Virus record (IMG/VR): IMGVR_UViG_3300027994_000006
Coordinates: 16,898 to 80,897 of that record
Strand: one strand, 5' to 3'
DNA from: a virus
Taxonomy: Duplodnaviria > Caudoviricetes
Length of the DNA stretch: 64,000 nt
Shown one piece after another: positions 27,412 through 37,751 of this stretch. The position numbers were made by a program, and so were the translations under genes. Position 1 is the stretch's first letter, and each line of letters starts with the position of its first letter. Under the pieces are notes generated by a model. The model saw only the letters and a program-made list of their open reading frames with translations. It ran no database searches and was not told the origin of the DNA.

Positions 27412-28197
27412 TTAATGCATAAACAATGTCTTATACAGATCATTGGTAGTTAGGGGATTTCTATTCGATGCTTCTAATTTTTTTAGATTCTTATATTTTT
27501 GATAGAAATATTGTGAGGTTTGTAATGTCTTTGCGTCGCCTTCTAATAATTTGAATTTTATAAAATATTCCAGTGCCATTGCATAATTCTCCGGAACTTG
27601 AATCAGACATTCTTCTACGCCAACTGTTTGGTTTGAAACAAATTCAATCACAACCGCAACATCTTCCAAATCGGAACTAAATTCGATAAAATCCTGATTA
27701 TCTTTTACCCAAGAGTTTCGGTGCTTCATTATATCGTGAACCATTTGTTCAACTTCTGGCACACAGCATTTTCCAGTTCCCTTACATTCCGTACAACTTG
27801 TATCTTGACAACCGCCGCCGTCTTCATTACACGAAATACAATCTTGTGTTAAAGGTTGATTATCGCAGTCTGTTAACAATGTTCCGTCGCAATCAACTAA
27901 ATAACTTAGTAATTCGGATGGAATTTTGTTGTTTCTGTCAATCTCAATAGTTCGGCCGTCGCAGTTTAAAATGTATGCTCGGATAAATCTTTCAAATCCT
28001 TCTGGCTTATAAAGGCGACAACTACTCGGAACTACGACTTCCATCCCTTTAATATGCATTCCGAAAGTCAGATTGAGATTTTGCATCCCAATTTTAGCGT
28101 ATCTGTTAGCCATATATCTTGGTTTCCCGAAGAACAGACTTCCTACTGTTTGAGATTCTAAACTGATAATATCCACAACTGATTGGAGGTTGGTCAT
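27412..28197 (-). CDS. Tail ring/adaptor protein with Cys-rich insertion
   Basis: Directly upstream of the nozzle gene; QVPENYAMALEYFI C-terminal adaptor-like motif; 9 Cys in about 42 aa. Confidence 0.55.
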   Translation of the reverse strand: MTNLQSVVDIISLESQTVGSLFFGKPRYMANRYAKIGMQNLNLTFGMHIKGMEVVVPSSCRLYKPEGFERFIRAYILNCDGRTIEIDRNNKIPSELLSYLVDCDGTLLTDCDNQPLTQDCISCNEDGGGCQDTSCTECKGTGKCCVPEVEQMVHDIMKHRNSWVKDNQDFIEFSSDLEDVAVVIEFVSNQTVGVEECLIQVPENYAMALEYFIKFKLLEGDAKTLQTSQYFYQKYKNLKKLEASNRNPLTTNDLYKTLFMH

Positions 28198-28210
28198 ACT
28201 TTCTAAATAT

Positions 28211-28250
28211 TAAGCAAAAAGGCCATGGCGCAGTTGCGAGGTTACATTTG
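28211..28250 (+). promoter_or_regulatory. Late-class promoter TAAGCAAAA-N23-TACATTTG (terminase operon)
   Basis: Same geometry; 15 nt before ATG 28266. Confidence 0.75.
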
Positions 28251-28254
28251 TTTT

Positions 28255-28294
28255 CAAAGATATATATGAACGCACACAAAAACCTTTTTGCTAA
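28255..28294 (-). promoter_or_regulatory. Late-class promoter TTAGCAAAA-N23-TATCTTTG (tail operon)
   Basis: One mismatch in the upstream box, exact spacing; fires towards the 28197 gene. Confidence 0.6.
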
Positions 28295-28676
28295 AAGCAA
28301 CCTCACAAAGTCAGTAAGGTTTATAACAGCTTTAAAAATTACCGCTAAGAAATTCTGTAATGGAAACTATAATGCTTCCGCAATCTTATTTGCTATTATG
28401 GGAGATTTTGAAAGCGCAAACAAGAGTATGTCGGGTTACCAACGAAATGCAGTGGCAGATATAGCCTTCTCAGAAAGTAAATGCGAATTACTTCGGCAAT
28501 TTTTCACAGAGATCTATAATAATGATGAAACGCTTTTAGATTTTCTAAACGACAAAATAACAGTACGAAGTCTAAGTATTAACAAACCGAGAAAACGCAC
28601 CAAAGAAGAGGTAATGGATTTCTCTAAAGAAATTATCAACGATGACCTTCTTGCAAATTTAGATTTCAATTTCTAA
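28266..28676 (+). CDS. Hypothetical protein, first gene of the packaging operon
   Basis: ATG 28266 preferred over TTG 28248 because it lies downstream of the promoter. Confidence 0.7.
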   Translation: MNAHKNLFAKSNLTKSVRFITALKITAKKFCNGNYNASAILFAIMGDFESANKSMSGYQRNAVADIAFSESKCELLRQFFTEIYNNDETLLDFLNDKITVRSLSINKPRKRTKEEVMDFSKEIINDDLLANLDFNF

Positions 28677-28680
28677 TAGG

Positions 28681-29253
28681 ATGGCAAAGCAAAGGAAAAC
28701 TTTTGTGGAAAAAGGTAGGGAAGAGATGCACGACTTCGTAGTAAAGGCGATTGATGATCTTCTTGCTGTACTTGATTCTAAAATTGAATTTCCTACTGAT
28801 AAGGATGGGTATGTATTAGAGCATAAAATGTTTCAAGTCGTCCAATCCAGAGAGCAGGTTTATAAATCGGCTTGCGAACTAATAGACGAAATAAATCTGG
28901 ATGATAAAAAAGACCAAGCTTATAAAAATAAAATCATTAAAGGTCTTGAAACAACTTGGCACGAATTGACAAAAGTTGCTACGAGAAACATTGGAGAATA
29001 TAAAGCCAATTCATTAGAAGAAATAATAATGGATAGGGATTTAACAGATGAAGAAAAAAGACAGAAAGCCAGAGAAAGCGTTACTGACGACAGACTAACA
29101 TCAGTTTCAAAAGCCAAGGCCTTATCAATAAGAGTTTCTTACCAAATCCTTGACAGAATATCACTTTTAGAAGATCCGGATGGTGCAAACGATGAGATCC
29201 TTAAAAACTCATTAGCACCAAATATAGCAGAGAAGTATGTTGAAAACAATTGA
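28681..29253 (+). CDS. terS: Putative terminase small subunit
   Basis: Helical 190 aa, overlapping the terL start; assignment is positional. Confidence 0.5.
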   Translation: MAKQRKTFVEKGREEMHDFVVKAIDDLLAVLDSKIEFPTDKDGYVLEHKMFQVVQSREQVYKSACELIDEINLDDKKDQAYKNKIIKGLETTWHELTKVATRNIGEYKANSLEEIIMDRDLTDEEKRQKARESVTDDRLTSVSKAKALSIRVSYQILDRISLLEDPDGANDEILKNSLAPNIAEKYVENN

Positions 29254-31504
29254 TAGATCATACAGAAGAAATATTCATAGGGTATTGGAAAACCAAATAC
29301 CTCAAGCCGTCATTGATAAAAAAAACAAAGACAAATCTTGGGAGTACAGGCTATATCCGGAATATGAAACTGTTGTCATTTCAAAAGATGGCACGATTGG
29401 TCAAATAATAGAAATCAATGGACTAAACATTGCGCTTCCGGCTCAACCAGATATTGTTCGATGGGAAGATATACCGCAGGAAGACCAAAAATGGCGACGC
29501 TACGATGTTCCGAAAGAACTAATGCACTTCGATAAGTATTTCAAAGACGAGCCAAATCCAGAATCAAAATTAACCGAAGTCTATAAAAAACACAGAAAGT
29601 TTATAGACGATGATATGAGAAGAAAGAAGTATGGCGACTTCTTTATGAATGATGGTGAAGTAATATACATTCCTGGAAACTACTATTTCTTTTTACAACA
29701 TTACAAACTTACCGATATGCGGAGGTACGGAGATTTCCGTATGCCACAGAGAGATTATTTTATCTTTTTGGAAGCTGTATTCGCTGATGAAAGATGTATC
29801 GGAATTTTGCTTTTAAAATCAAGACGTTCTTCTTTCTCAACATCTTCAGGTTCAGTCGTTTTAAATAAAGCAATTACTTGGAAGAGCGGCTTTTTTCCAA
29901 TTGTGTCCAAGAAAGATACAGATGCTCAGACGTTGTTTGACCGTCACGTAGTAAAACCATTCCTAAACCTACCTAAACACCTTCAGCCACAAAGAACCGG
30001 AGAGGTTGTTCCAAAGAAAATATTAGAGTTCTCATCTCCTAAAAAGAAACTGACAACTAATAATAAATCAGATAGCAGCAGCGATGGACTTGATTCTATC
30101 ATAACCTTTTATGCAACAACAGTTGATGCTTATGATGGTACGCAGGTTACACTCTCAATCAACGATGAAATAGGTAAATTCAAGAGTGTGGATATTAATG
30201 CCTATTGGGAACAGCACCACAGACTTTGTCACGAGGTAGGAAGCGAGATTGTTGGAAAGGCGATTTGTGGAAGCACAGCGAGTTCTCCAAATAAAGGAGG
30301 AAAGAACTACGAGAAATTCTACGAAGAATCAAAACTGACAAGCCGTGGAGAATCCGGATTTACAAAAACAGGATTATATGGGATTTTCATTCCTGCAGAT
30401 TATACAACAATGGGATTCTTTGATGAGTTCGGATATGTAATCTATGACAATCCGGAATTCCCTATTCTGAATGAACTTGGAAAATTAGTTTACATCGGTG
30501 TAAAACAATATCTCGACAATAAAGAAGCTGAATGCGGAGATGACATTCAGAAACTAAATGAGAGAAAAAGAAATAATCCTCGTGTAGACACAGATGCATT
30601 CTTAGATGAGGAAGCAAGTAATATGTACGCAACACCTGGAATGGTAAGCACAATTAATTATCTGAAAGCAAATAACAATAATCCGGAAGTTCAAGGTTCC
30701 ACTTTCCGATTTGATCTTTACTATAAGGATAAGGAAAATAATATTGTGGAAATGAAACGCCACTCAAAAGGAAAATTTCTTGCAGTTTCACAACTTCCGG
30801 TTCCCTTAGAATTTAGAAACCAATTTGTGATAAAGGACGGGAAACGTGCGCCAGTCAATACACATCTTGGAGCATTTGGTTGTGACCCGTACGCAGCAGA
30901 CAGAACAAAATACAACAACGGTTCTAAGCAAGGATTTGTAGGCAAAACCACAAATGATTTCAATTTACCAGAACATCAAAAAAGAAAGGTTTTTTTATTC
31001 TATAACTACAGGCCTAACACAAGAGATGAAGCAGAAGAAGATGTAATTATGGCTTGTCTATACTTATCAATGCAGGTATTTCCGGAGATAAACAAGAAAA
31101 GTCTTGTTGAGAAGATGTACACACGTGGATTGAGAAAATATGTGATGGATAATCCATTAAAAAAGAAAAAAGATCTAACGCCAGATGAATTAAAATTTGG
31201 TGGAATGATAAGTTCAAATGCTGGAAATAGTATTCCGGAACAAGAATCTGCACTTGAAACATCTATCCAATCTGATGTTCACGAATCTATTGAGCATCCG
31301 GAGGAACTGAAATATCCGTTTTTAGAACTCAACGAACATATCGCCTCTTACACCAGAGAGAATAGACAATCAAAAGATGTCGTGGTAGCAGCGCAATTGG
31401 TAAATATTGCCACAGGAAGAGAAATAAAACATAAAGAACCAATCACAATACAAACAGCCAATCCGGTTGATCTTGTAAAATTATTTGAATACGACCAAAA
31501 CTAA
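29237..31504 (+). CDS. terL: Terminase large subunit
   Basis: Walker A-like LLLKSRRSSFST, Walker B LSINDEIGK, ICGST coupling motif, RNase H-like GCDPY. Confidence 0.9.
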   Translation: MLKTIDRSYRRNIHRVLENQIPQAVIDKKNKDKSWEYRLYPEYETVVISKDGTIGQIIEINGLNIALPAQPDIVRWEDIPQEDQKWRRYDVPKELMHFDKYFKDEPNPESKLTEVYKKHRKFIDDDMRRKKYGDFFMNDGEVIYIPGNYYFFLQHYKLTDMRRYGDFRMPQRDYFIFLEAVFADERCIGILLLKSRRSSFSTSSGSVVLNKAITWKSGFFPIVSKKDTDAQTLFDRHVVKPFLNLPKHLQPQRTGEVVPKKILEFSSPKKKLTTNNKSDSSSDGLDSIITFYATTVDAYDGTQVTLSINDEIGKFKSVDINAYWEQHHRLCHEVGSEIVGKAICGSTASSPNKGGKNYEKFYEESKLTSRGESGFTKTGLYGIFIPADYTTMGFFDEFGYVIYDNPEFPILNELGKLVYIGVKQYLDNKEAECGDDIQKLNERKRNNPRVDTDAFLDEEASNMYATPGMVSTINYLKANNNNPEVQGSTFRFDLYYKDKENNIVEMKRHSKGKFLAVSQLPVPLEFRNQFVIKDGKRAPVNTHLGAFGCDPYAADRTKYNNGSKQGFVGKTTNDFNLPEHQKRKVFLFYNYRPNTRDEAEEDVIMACLYLSMQVFPEINKKSLVEKMYTRGLRKYVMDNPLKKKKDLTPDELKFGGMISSNAGNSIPEQESALETSIQSDVHESIEHPEELKYPFLELNEHIASYTRENRQSKDVVVAAQLVNIATGREIKHKEPITIQTANPVDLVKLFEYDQN

Positions 31505-31511
31505 AACATAA

Positions 31512-33902
31512 ATGATAACACAATACGGCATATACAAATTCCCAAATGAAATGGTATCAAACGAAAAGAAGAAATCCTTTGAGTTTGGTAGAGATTTCGG
31601 CTCAGCTATTTGGAGTGAGTGGGAAGGAAAATTCTATTCAAGAAATCTTAAACACAACCTTTGGCGTAAGTATGCAATTGGTGAACAGGATATTACCAGA
31701 ATAGAGAAAAACATTCAGAGGAAATATATCAAAAAAGAATTTCTGCACTACGATAAAGAAGACCGTATTAAAGATTTAGCTTGGTTGCTACGTGAGTTTA
31801 AAAACTCGGTGGATATGAAAGAATTCATTCCTGTTGTGAAGGCTACAGATCCGTTTGCAATGGAAATCAAGGACAATCGTAAGAATGAGAAAATGAAGTT
31901 GTTCTATGCAAAAGATTTTTTAGAACAAGCAGCTCAACTTAATGGCGGACAATCGCCTATACCATTAGATACAATTCCGCAATCCAAAGAACAAGTTGAC
32001 TTGGAAGAGGAAACAGCAAAACCTTTGAGAGTAGAACGTGGAGAATTGAAAGCATTGGATTTTTTCTGCCTGACGAATCGCTTTGATTTAATTCAGGACG
32101 AAGTTTTTGATGATGCTTTGGAAGTCAACAAATTAATTTCAAAAGTTACCACCGACCCGATTGAAGGAATCAAGATGAAAAGAATCCATCCTGATAATTA
32201 TGTAGGCGACGAGAAGAATGCAGACAAATATTTTACTAAAGCTACCTATCACGGAGATGTTGACCATATCACAGTTGGAACTTTTAGAAACATAGCTTCA
32301 GAATCAGGATTAAAATTTACAGAAGATCAAATCAGAAAAATAGCCGGATGTTCAACTCTGGAAGAACTGAATGACAACATCATTATCAAAGTTATTTTTT
32401 ACGAATTCAAAACATATTTCTTAGACGTTACAAAAAAGAAAGTCAACAGAAATACAAAGGCCATTTCTTTAATTGATAGAAGTAATGATATTGGCACTGA
32501 AAAAGAATATAATCCAAAACAATCATCCGATAAATCTGAAAAAATAGAAGAGAATTACGATGTATGGTTTGAAGGAATTATGGTTCTTGATGCAGACAGA
32601 ACAATTATTCGCCATAGATTAATTAAAAATCAGCCAGCATACAAGGGAAAAACACTTTCTTCCTATGTAGTTTGCAAACCAAGAAAGGTTGGAATCGTAG
32701 AAGAATTAATTGCAAGGATTGATTCTATGACCGAACTCCGATTGAGATTGCTACATTTCAGAAATACACTTCGTGGAAATACACTCAATATCTATCAGGA
32801 TGAGATTACCGATGTTCATTTGAATGGTAAGGATAAACCGCCTTTGTCTCCGGAAGAAGTATTATCATTTCTATTGACATTAGGATTCAACTTCATCAAG
32901 ACAAGGGATAGTGAAGGCGAAGAAATTCCTGGTGGAAAAACAAATTTCTCAGAGACACCAGAAAATATTCCTCGTACATTAATGCAGTTGGGAAATGAAT
33001 ATCTGCAGGAGGAACAAAAACTTTACAGAGCTTTTGGCGCATATCAATATAACCAAGTAAAGTCAGATCCGAAAACAAATGGAATCAACGAACCTTACAA
33101 GCTAACGGATAATACAGCAATGCGTGATTACACAAATTGTTTATTCGAATGGTCAAGACAAAACCTTCAGGTCATTAGTGCAAGACTGAATGATGCGATT
33201 GAGTTCCCTTATGTAAAACAAATGCTTGAGGATAATTTAGGCGACGAGGACGTAAATGTTATGTCTCAATATATGAAGGACAGAAAGCAACATTACTTTG
33301 GTTTATATCTGGATTATATTCCGTCTCAGCAAGAAAGATTGGATTTTGCATTGGGTGTGAAACAGCACGTTCAACAAGGACAATTGACGGTGGCTGACGA
33401 ATGGGATCTGATGATGATTCGAAATCCAAATCAGGCAAGAGCAACATTAGCATTACGATTAGAGGCCAATAGAAAACGAAACGAGCAGTACGAATTAGAT
33501 AAAGCACAACAATCGCAAAATGCTAATATCGAAGCATCAAATGTAGCTTACCAAAACAAAGCGAAACTGAGCGAACAGGAACATCAGCAGAAATTGCAGT
33601 TGGAGCAGTATAAATTCAACAACGAATCTTTTTTATTACAAAAAGATGGTGAGATTAAAATCAACACTACCAATATTACAGCCAATGCAAAAGTGACAGG
33701 CGACCAATTCCGTCAGCAGTTTGAAGCTGATCTCACAAGATTCAAGAAGGAACAGGACGCTAAAAATAGACAGGATGCGATTAATCTGTCGTACGATAAA
33801 CAAGAAAAACTTTACAAATTAAAGCAAGGTGAGATTGATTCTATCGATCAAGAATCGCCTACACAACCAATAGACCTATCAACTTTACAAAACACAATAT
33901 AA
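31512..33902 (+). CDS. Portal protein
   Basis: 796 aa right after terL; EFIPVVKATDP, MKRIHPDN and long C-terminal coiled-coil barrel, as in Bacteroidota podovirus portals. Confidence 0.8.
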   Translation: MITQYGIYKFPNEMVSNEKKKSFEFGRDFGSAIWSEWEGKFYSRNLKHNLWRKYAIGEQDITRIEKNIQRKYIKKEFLHYDKEDRIKDLAWLLREFKNSVDMKEFIPVVKATDPFAMEIKDNRKNEKMKLFYAKDFLEQAAQLNGGQSPIPLDTIPQSKEQVDLEEETAKPLRVERGELKALDFFCLTNRFDLIQDEVFDDALEVNKLISKVTTDPIEGIKMKRIHPDNYVGDEKNADKYFTKATYHGDVDHITVGTFRNIASESGLKFTEDQIRKIAGCSTLEELNDNIIIKVIFYEFKTYFLDVTKKKVNRNTKAISLIDRSNDIGTEKEYNPKQSSDKSEKIEENYDVWFEGIMVLDADRTIIRHRLIKNQPAYKGKTLSSYVVCKPRKVGIVEELIARIDSMTELRLRLLHFRNTLRGNTLNIYQDEITDVHLNGKDKPPLSPEEVLSFLLTLGFNFIKTRDSEGEEIPGGKTNFSETPENIPRTLMQLGNEYLQEEQKLYRAFGAYQYNQVKSDPKTNGINEPYKLTDNTAMRDYTNCLFEWSRQNLQVISARLNDAIEFPYVKQMLEDNLGDEDVNVMSQYMKDRKQHYFGLYLDYIPSQQERLDFALGVKQHVQQGQLTVADEWDLMMIRNPNQARATLALRLEANRKRNEQYELDKAQQSQNANIEASNVAYQNKAKLSEQEHQQKLQLEQYKFNNESFLLQKDGEIKINTTNITANAKVTGDQFRQQFEADLTRFKKEQDAKNRQDAINLSYDKQEKLYKLKQGEIDSIDQESPTQPIDLSTLQNTI

Positions 33903-34024
33903 TGAGCAATTTTTTAAACATTAAGGCATTGGCCAATAGAACACAAAAAGGGATTCAGAACCAACTGAAACCCATCATCGTAAAGAAAACAAAATCCGGA
34001 TGCAAAACCTGCGGAAATAAGTAG
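33902..34024 (+). CDS. 40-aa peptide ending GCKTCGNK (absent from ORF track)
   Basis: TAATG coupling to the portal stop; CxxC at the C-terminus. Confidence 0.55.
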   Translation: MSNFLNIKALANRTQKGIQNQLKPIIVKKTKSGCKTCGNK

Positions 34025-34136
34025 TAACTTTAATAAAAACAAAGCAATATTAAAGTAAACAAAATCGTAATTGGCGACACCGTTATCGGAGATATTTTCG
34101 CAATATAATACAAACAACTTCAACGGAAATTATTTA

Positions 34137-34161
34137 AAGGACAGCTTATTTAGTTGTCCTT
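34137..34161. terminator. Bidirectional terminator between convergent operons
   Basis: AAGGACAGC-TTATTTA-GTTGTCCTT with A/T tracts on both sides. Confidence 0.7.
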
Positions 34162-34184
34162 ATTTTATATTTTAGCTATTACTT

Positions 34185-34499
34185 TTAAGTCCAATGTGGC
34201 AATGAGATTAATTTGATTTCCGGAACTGAGATTTCTGGATATAGTTCAGTGAATTTATCAATGATTTCCTGCTTGTTATAATTCAAACTGATCTCGCTTG
34301 ATTCTTCGCTGCCTAATTCCTTAATGAAACCAAAGTATGTATATTCCCCGTTCATACCATCAGTTAAAAACCTCAATTCATCTTCTTTTCTTGAGTAACT
34401 ATCATATTTGTCATAATAATCACTTTCCCAAAAATCAGTTGTGAATTCACTATCTAATTTAAATCCGTAGATTAAATAATTCGTTACTTGTGTTGACAT
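34185..34499 (-). CDS. Hypothetical phage protein
   Basis: 104 aa, A-rich start, operon context. Confidence 0.7.
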   Translation of the reverse strand: MSTQVTNYLIYGFKLDSEFTTDFWESDYYDKYDSYSRKEDELRFLTDGMNGEYTYFGFIKELGSEESSEISLNYNKQEIIDKFTELYPEISVPEIKLISLPHWT

Positions 34500-34640
34500 G
34501 ATATTTTGATTTTAATTTTTACTTATTACTTTGGTCTTCGCCTCTTCCAAGGACTTTAATTTGATCTCAAAGGCATTATCTCCGTAGACTAAGTTGTCGG
34601 TTGTGGTCCAGTTGGCTTTTATTTGGTCTATTGCGCTCAT

Positions 34641-34868
34641 TTATTCAGCAATTTTTAAATCTATTTTCTCCAATTCTTTTTCAGAATAGAATTTTCGCTT
34701 CTTGTAATTATTGAATTTTGCAACGATTCTATCTCTTTGGGTTCTGCTTAAATTAGATTCCTTTCGCTGGATTCTGATATAGTCTCCGATAATATTTCCC
34801 GATTCTACTTTGTCACGATGCTCCAGAAGTTCTTTAGGCATCATTGATTTTATTAAGTGTTCTATCAT
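34641..34868 (-). CDS. Hypothetical protein
   Basis: 75 aa, operon context. Confidence 0.6.
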   Translation of the reverse strand: MIEHLIKSMMPKELLEHRDKVESGNIIGDYIRIQRKESNLSRTQRDRIVAKFNNYKKRKFYSEKELEKIDLKIAE

Positions 34869-34951
34869 CGTCTTTTATTTTTAGGTTTAATAAATTTAGG
34901 TTTGTTATTCTTTCTTCCGTTGGGTAGAGTGATGTATTTCTTCATAGGGAA

Positions 34952-35875
34952 TTATGAAAAGCAGAGGCAAGGAAATAAATCCAAAGTCTCTTGTTTAAGA
35001 TAAATTTTAGCTGACTTCCAAAATATATTTGATGGGATATGCTCGTTCGCTGGAATGCCTGCTCTCTTCATTTTGTGAAATTTAATCTCCAAATCTTTAA
35101 GGAATTCTTTACCGAAGCTATATCCAATTCTCTGTTCTGAAAGTTTAGCTCTTTCAAACACTTCGTAATCGTGGACATAGACACAATACCAATGTTGCTT
35201 TCCTGCTTTCAAACACCCTGTACAATTGGCGTGCTTCCATACTGTATAAGTATTTGGTGGTTCAATTCCTATTTCTTTTGTAGAAACGATGGTTCGTTCA
35301 AAACAATCCCGATTTTCATAATTTTCAACTTTTGCAATTGCTTTTGGGTTTTTGTTTCCTGCTTTTTGAAGATAATTCAAAAGACTTTCAAATCTACCAT
35401 CACCCCACAACGCAATTGGATAATCCGAAGCAACACCGCTATCGTTGAGAATTGTCTTTCTTCTATCAACACGCTCCAATTCTTCTGCATCAAAGCCGTA
35501 ATAGACACATATAAATTCCTTTTCGAGCGTTTCTAAGTATTCGTAGAAAGGTTCTGTTTTTAATCGGCTTGTGCAAAGTATCTGGCGTCCGTAAGGATTA
35601 ACGAAAGTTCCTGCTTCTTCACAAACTTCAAACTGATTTGGAATCAACTTTTCATCTTTAATACCTTTAATATTTGCATAAGTAATACTTAACCCTAAAT
35701 ACTCAGCAACTTCAATTTTGAATCTTTTAATATCCACGTTTTCATATCGGGGATTAATATTATGATTCAACAATACTACATTTTCATTACCATATCTTCT
35801 AACTGTTTCAATAGCGACAATTGCTGACGAGTGACCGCCAGAATAACAGATGATATGTTTAATTTGAGATTTCAT
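34952..35875 (-). CDS. PAPS-reductase/DndC-like PP-loop ATPase with Fe-S-type cysteines
   Basis: YSGGHSSA PP-loop; ILCTSRLKTEP; HANCTGCLKAG; terminal CLC. Confidence 0.8.
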   Translation of the reverse strand: MKSQIKHIICYSGGHSSAIVAIETVRRYGNENVVLLNHNINPRYENVDIKRFKIEVAEYLGLSITYANIKGIKDEKLIPNQFEVCEEAGTFVNPYGRQILCTSRLKTEPFYEYLETLEKEFICVYYGFDAEELERVDRRKTILNDSGVASDYPIALWGDGRFESLLNYLQKAGNKNPKAIAKVENYENRDCFERTIVSTKEIGIEPPNTYTVWKHANCTGCLKAGKQHWYCVYVHDYEVFERAKLSEQRIGYSFGKEFLKDLEIKFHKMKRAGIPANEHIPSNIFWKSAKIYLKQETLDLFPCLCFS

Positions 35876-35895
35876 AGTATTTATTTTTTAAGCAA

Positions 35896-36528
35896 TTAAA
35901 TTGTTTGAGGAATATTCCGGGATGATTTTCTCGGTTTCATTTCCCAATTGTAGTCCAAGTTATAATTGTGAGAATTGCCTTCTAAATCGTATTTGTCTTT
36001 GCTGAAAGATAATTTTGCAAACGTCCGCATTCCTTCAAAAGCATAGTCCTCATTTACTTTGTGAATATTGAATTGATTCAGCCTTAGAATAGATTTATTC
36101 GGAAACATCACTTCATTTTCAAGCAATGCCTGCTCTTCCATTTCCTTCAAAGAAAGACTATCATCCAAAGTCAAATCAAAATCCGTTGAATTAAAAATAG
36201 TTGGATTATTGTCGCTCCAGATATAATTAATATCATCTGTTAAAAATCCATCTGAATGATAACCTGGTCTATTGAATTGCTGTTGCTTATTCTGATACTG
36301 TCTTTTAACTGTAAGATAAATATAGGATTCTATAAACTCCGGAACGCCAAAGTTGTTTTTAAAATCGCTCATACAATGAACAATAAAAGGGTAGAAGACT
36401 CCTAATCTTGTCTCAACATCAAAGATTTTTTGACCCTTTAATTTGATTGGAAGATATTGGTAGAACATCATTTCCTTACAATCTATTTCTAATCTTCTAA
36501 CAACTTTTGGTAATTCTCCGTAGTTCAT
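35896..36528 (-). CDS. 2OG-Fe(II) dioxygenase-like protein
   Basis: NRPGYHSDG (HxD), distal NIHKV (H) and RTF (2OG-binding R). Confidence 0.65.
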   Translation of the reverse strand: MNYGELPKVVRRLEIDCKEMMFYQYLPIKLKGQKIFDVETRLGVFYPFIVHCMSDFKNNFGVPEFIESYIYLTVKRQYQNKQQQFNRPGYHSDGFLTDDINYIWSDNNPTIFNSTDFDLTLDDSLSLKEMEEQALLENEVMFPNKSILRLNQFNIHKVNEDYAFEGMRTFAKLSFSKDKYDLEGNSHNYNLDYNWEMKPRKSSRNIPQTI

Positions 36529-36538
36529 AAATTAAATT

Positions 36539-36934
36539 TTAAAATGGCAACGATCCATCATCTTCATCCTCAGCAAAAACATTCTTACTATTAAATGCCT
36601 CATCCGCACTTGCAGTCGGTACGCTCTTTCCAGATGTTTCAGCTCCATCGCCAACCTTCTCAATTCTCCAGGCCACAATGCTGTTGAAATATTTTACTTC
36701 TTTGGTCGGGCTTTCCCAACGTCTCCCGTTAATATTAAAGTGAACCGTCACTTCGTCGCCTACCTTATAATGATCTAAAAGGTCTATCTTATCCTTTACA
36801 AATTCAATGTTTGGATATTGTGGATATTGTCCACTTGTCTCAAGTATTAAAGATCGCTTCTCAAATCCGCTGTTGAAAGTTTCTAACGCAAGTATCTCGT
36901 GTACTTTTCCGGTTATTTTGTTGCTGTCGCTCAT
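36539..36934 (-). CDS. DUF3127 single-stranded DNA-binding-like protein
   Basis: KVGDEVTVHFNINGRRW...YFNSIVAWRIEK OB-fold signature; acidic tail DDGSLPF. Confidence 0.85.
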   Translation of the reverse strand: MSDSNKITGKVHEILALETFNSGFEKRSLILETSGQYPQYPNIEFVKDKIDLLDHYKVGDEVTVHFNINGRRWESPTKEVKYFNSIVAWRIEKVGDGAETSGKSVPTASADEAFNSKNVFAEDEDDGSLPF

Positions 36935-36969
36935 TTTATTTTTGTTTTATGTAGGCGATTCCTACGTTG

Positions 36970-37704
36970 TTATTTTTTATCTATGATTACTATTTTTCCT
37001 CCTACCATAGTCCCACTTTGTTTAAAGCTTCCCTTCTCAATATCCAGAACTTTAGCATCTACTTTTTGTAAGAAAATTTTAAAATCGACTTGCTTTTTCT
37101 GATTGCCATTTACCCAAGATTCAGAAGTGATACAAACCAATCTTCCGCCTTCTCTCAAAACATCGTACATAAATAATAAATGATCAATGTCTTGATTTTT
37201 TGTAAATGGAGGATTAGCAATGATTTTATCATACATTTTATCCTGATGCTGAAGAAAATCTTCTCCCAGAAATTTGAATTTAAGATCAGATCTTTTTAAA
37301 ATTATAGCATTTACATCCATTAACTCATAACAATCTGGAATAGATTTACAAGCTTTGTTTATAGCCTTAATAATAGCACCCTGTCCTGCACTCGGTTCCA
37401 ATATATCGTCTGAACTTTTTAAATCTGCATACATTACCAATTCATCAGCTAGATCATCTGGAGTTCCAAAAAACTGAAACTCTTTTTTAAGATTTCTTTT
37501 CTCCCCGTTAGCAATTTGGCGGAGTAAGTCTTTCGGATCAGTTTGAAATACAAATCCTTGTACCTTTCCACCTTTCCATTTTCCTCCAATTAGCTCAAGT
37601 TTATTTTTAACTTCCGTATATTCATTTCTACCTAATTGAACATCAGGTAATTTCACGACAGTGTTTTCAACTGTACAACTTTTTAATACATCTTCTGTTG
37701 TCAT
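36970..37704 (-). CDS. N6-adenine/N4-cytosine DNA methyltransferase
   Basis: LEPSAGQGAI (motif I) before IIANPPF (motif IV). Confidence 0.85.
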   Translation of the reverse strand: MTTEDVLKSCTVENTVVKLPDVQLGRNEYTEVKNKLELIGGKWKGGKVQGFVFQTDPKDLLRQIANGEKRNLKKEFQFFGTPDDLADELVMYADLKSSDDILEPSAGQGAIIKAINKACKSIPDCYELMDVNAIILKRSDLKFKFLGEDFLQHQDKMYDKIIANPPFTKNQDIDHLLFMYDVLREGGRLVCITSESWVNGNQKKQVDFKIFLQKVDAKVLDIEKGSFKQSGTMVGGKIVIIDKK

Positions 37705-37751
37705 ATATTTATTTTTAATGTTACTTTATCACTTTTTTAATACCATACTAA

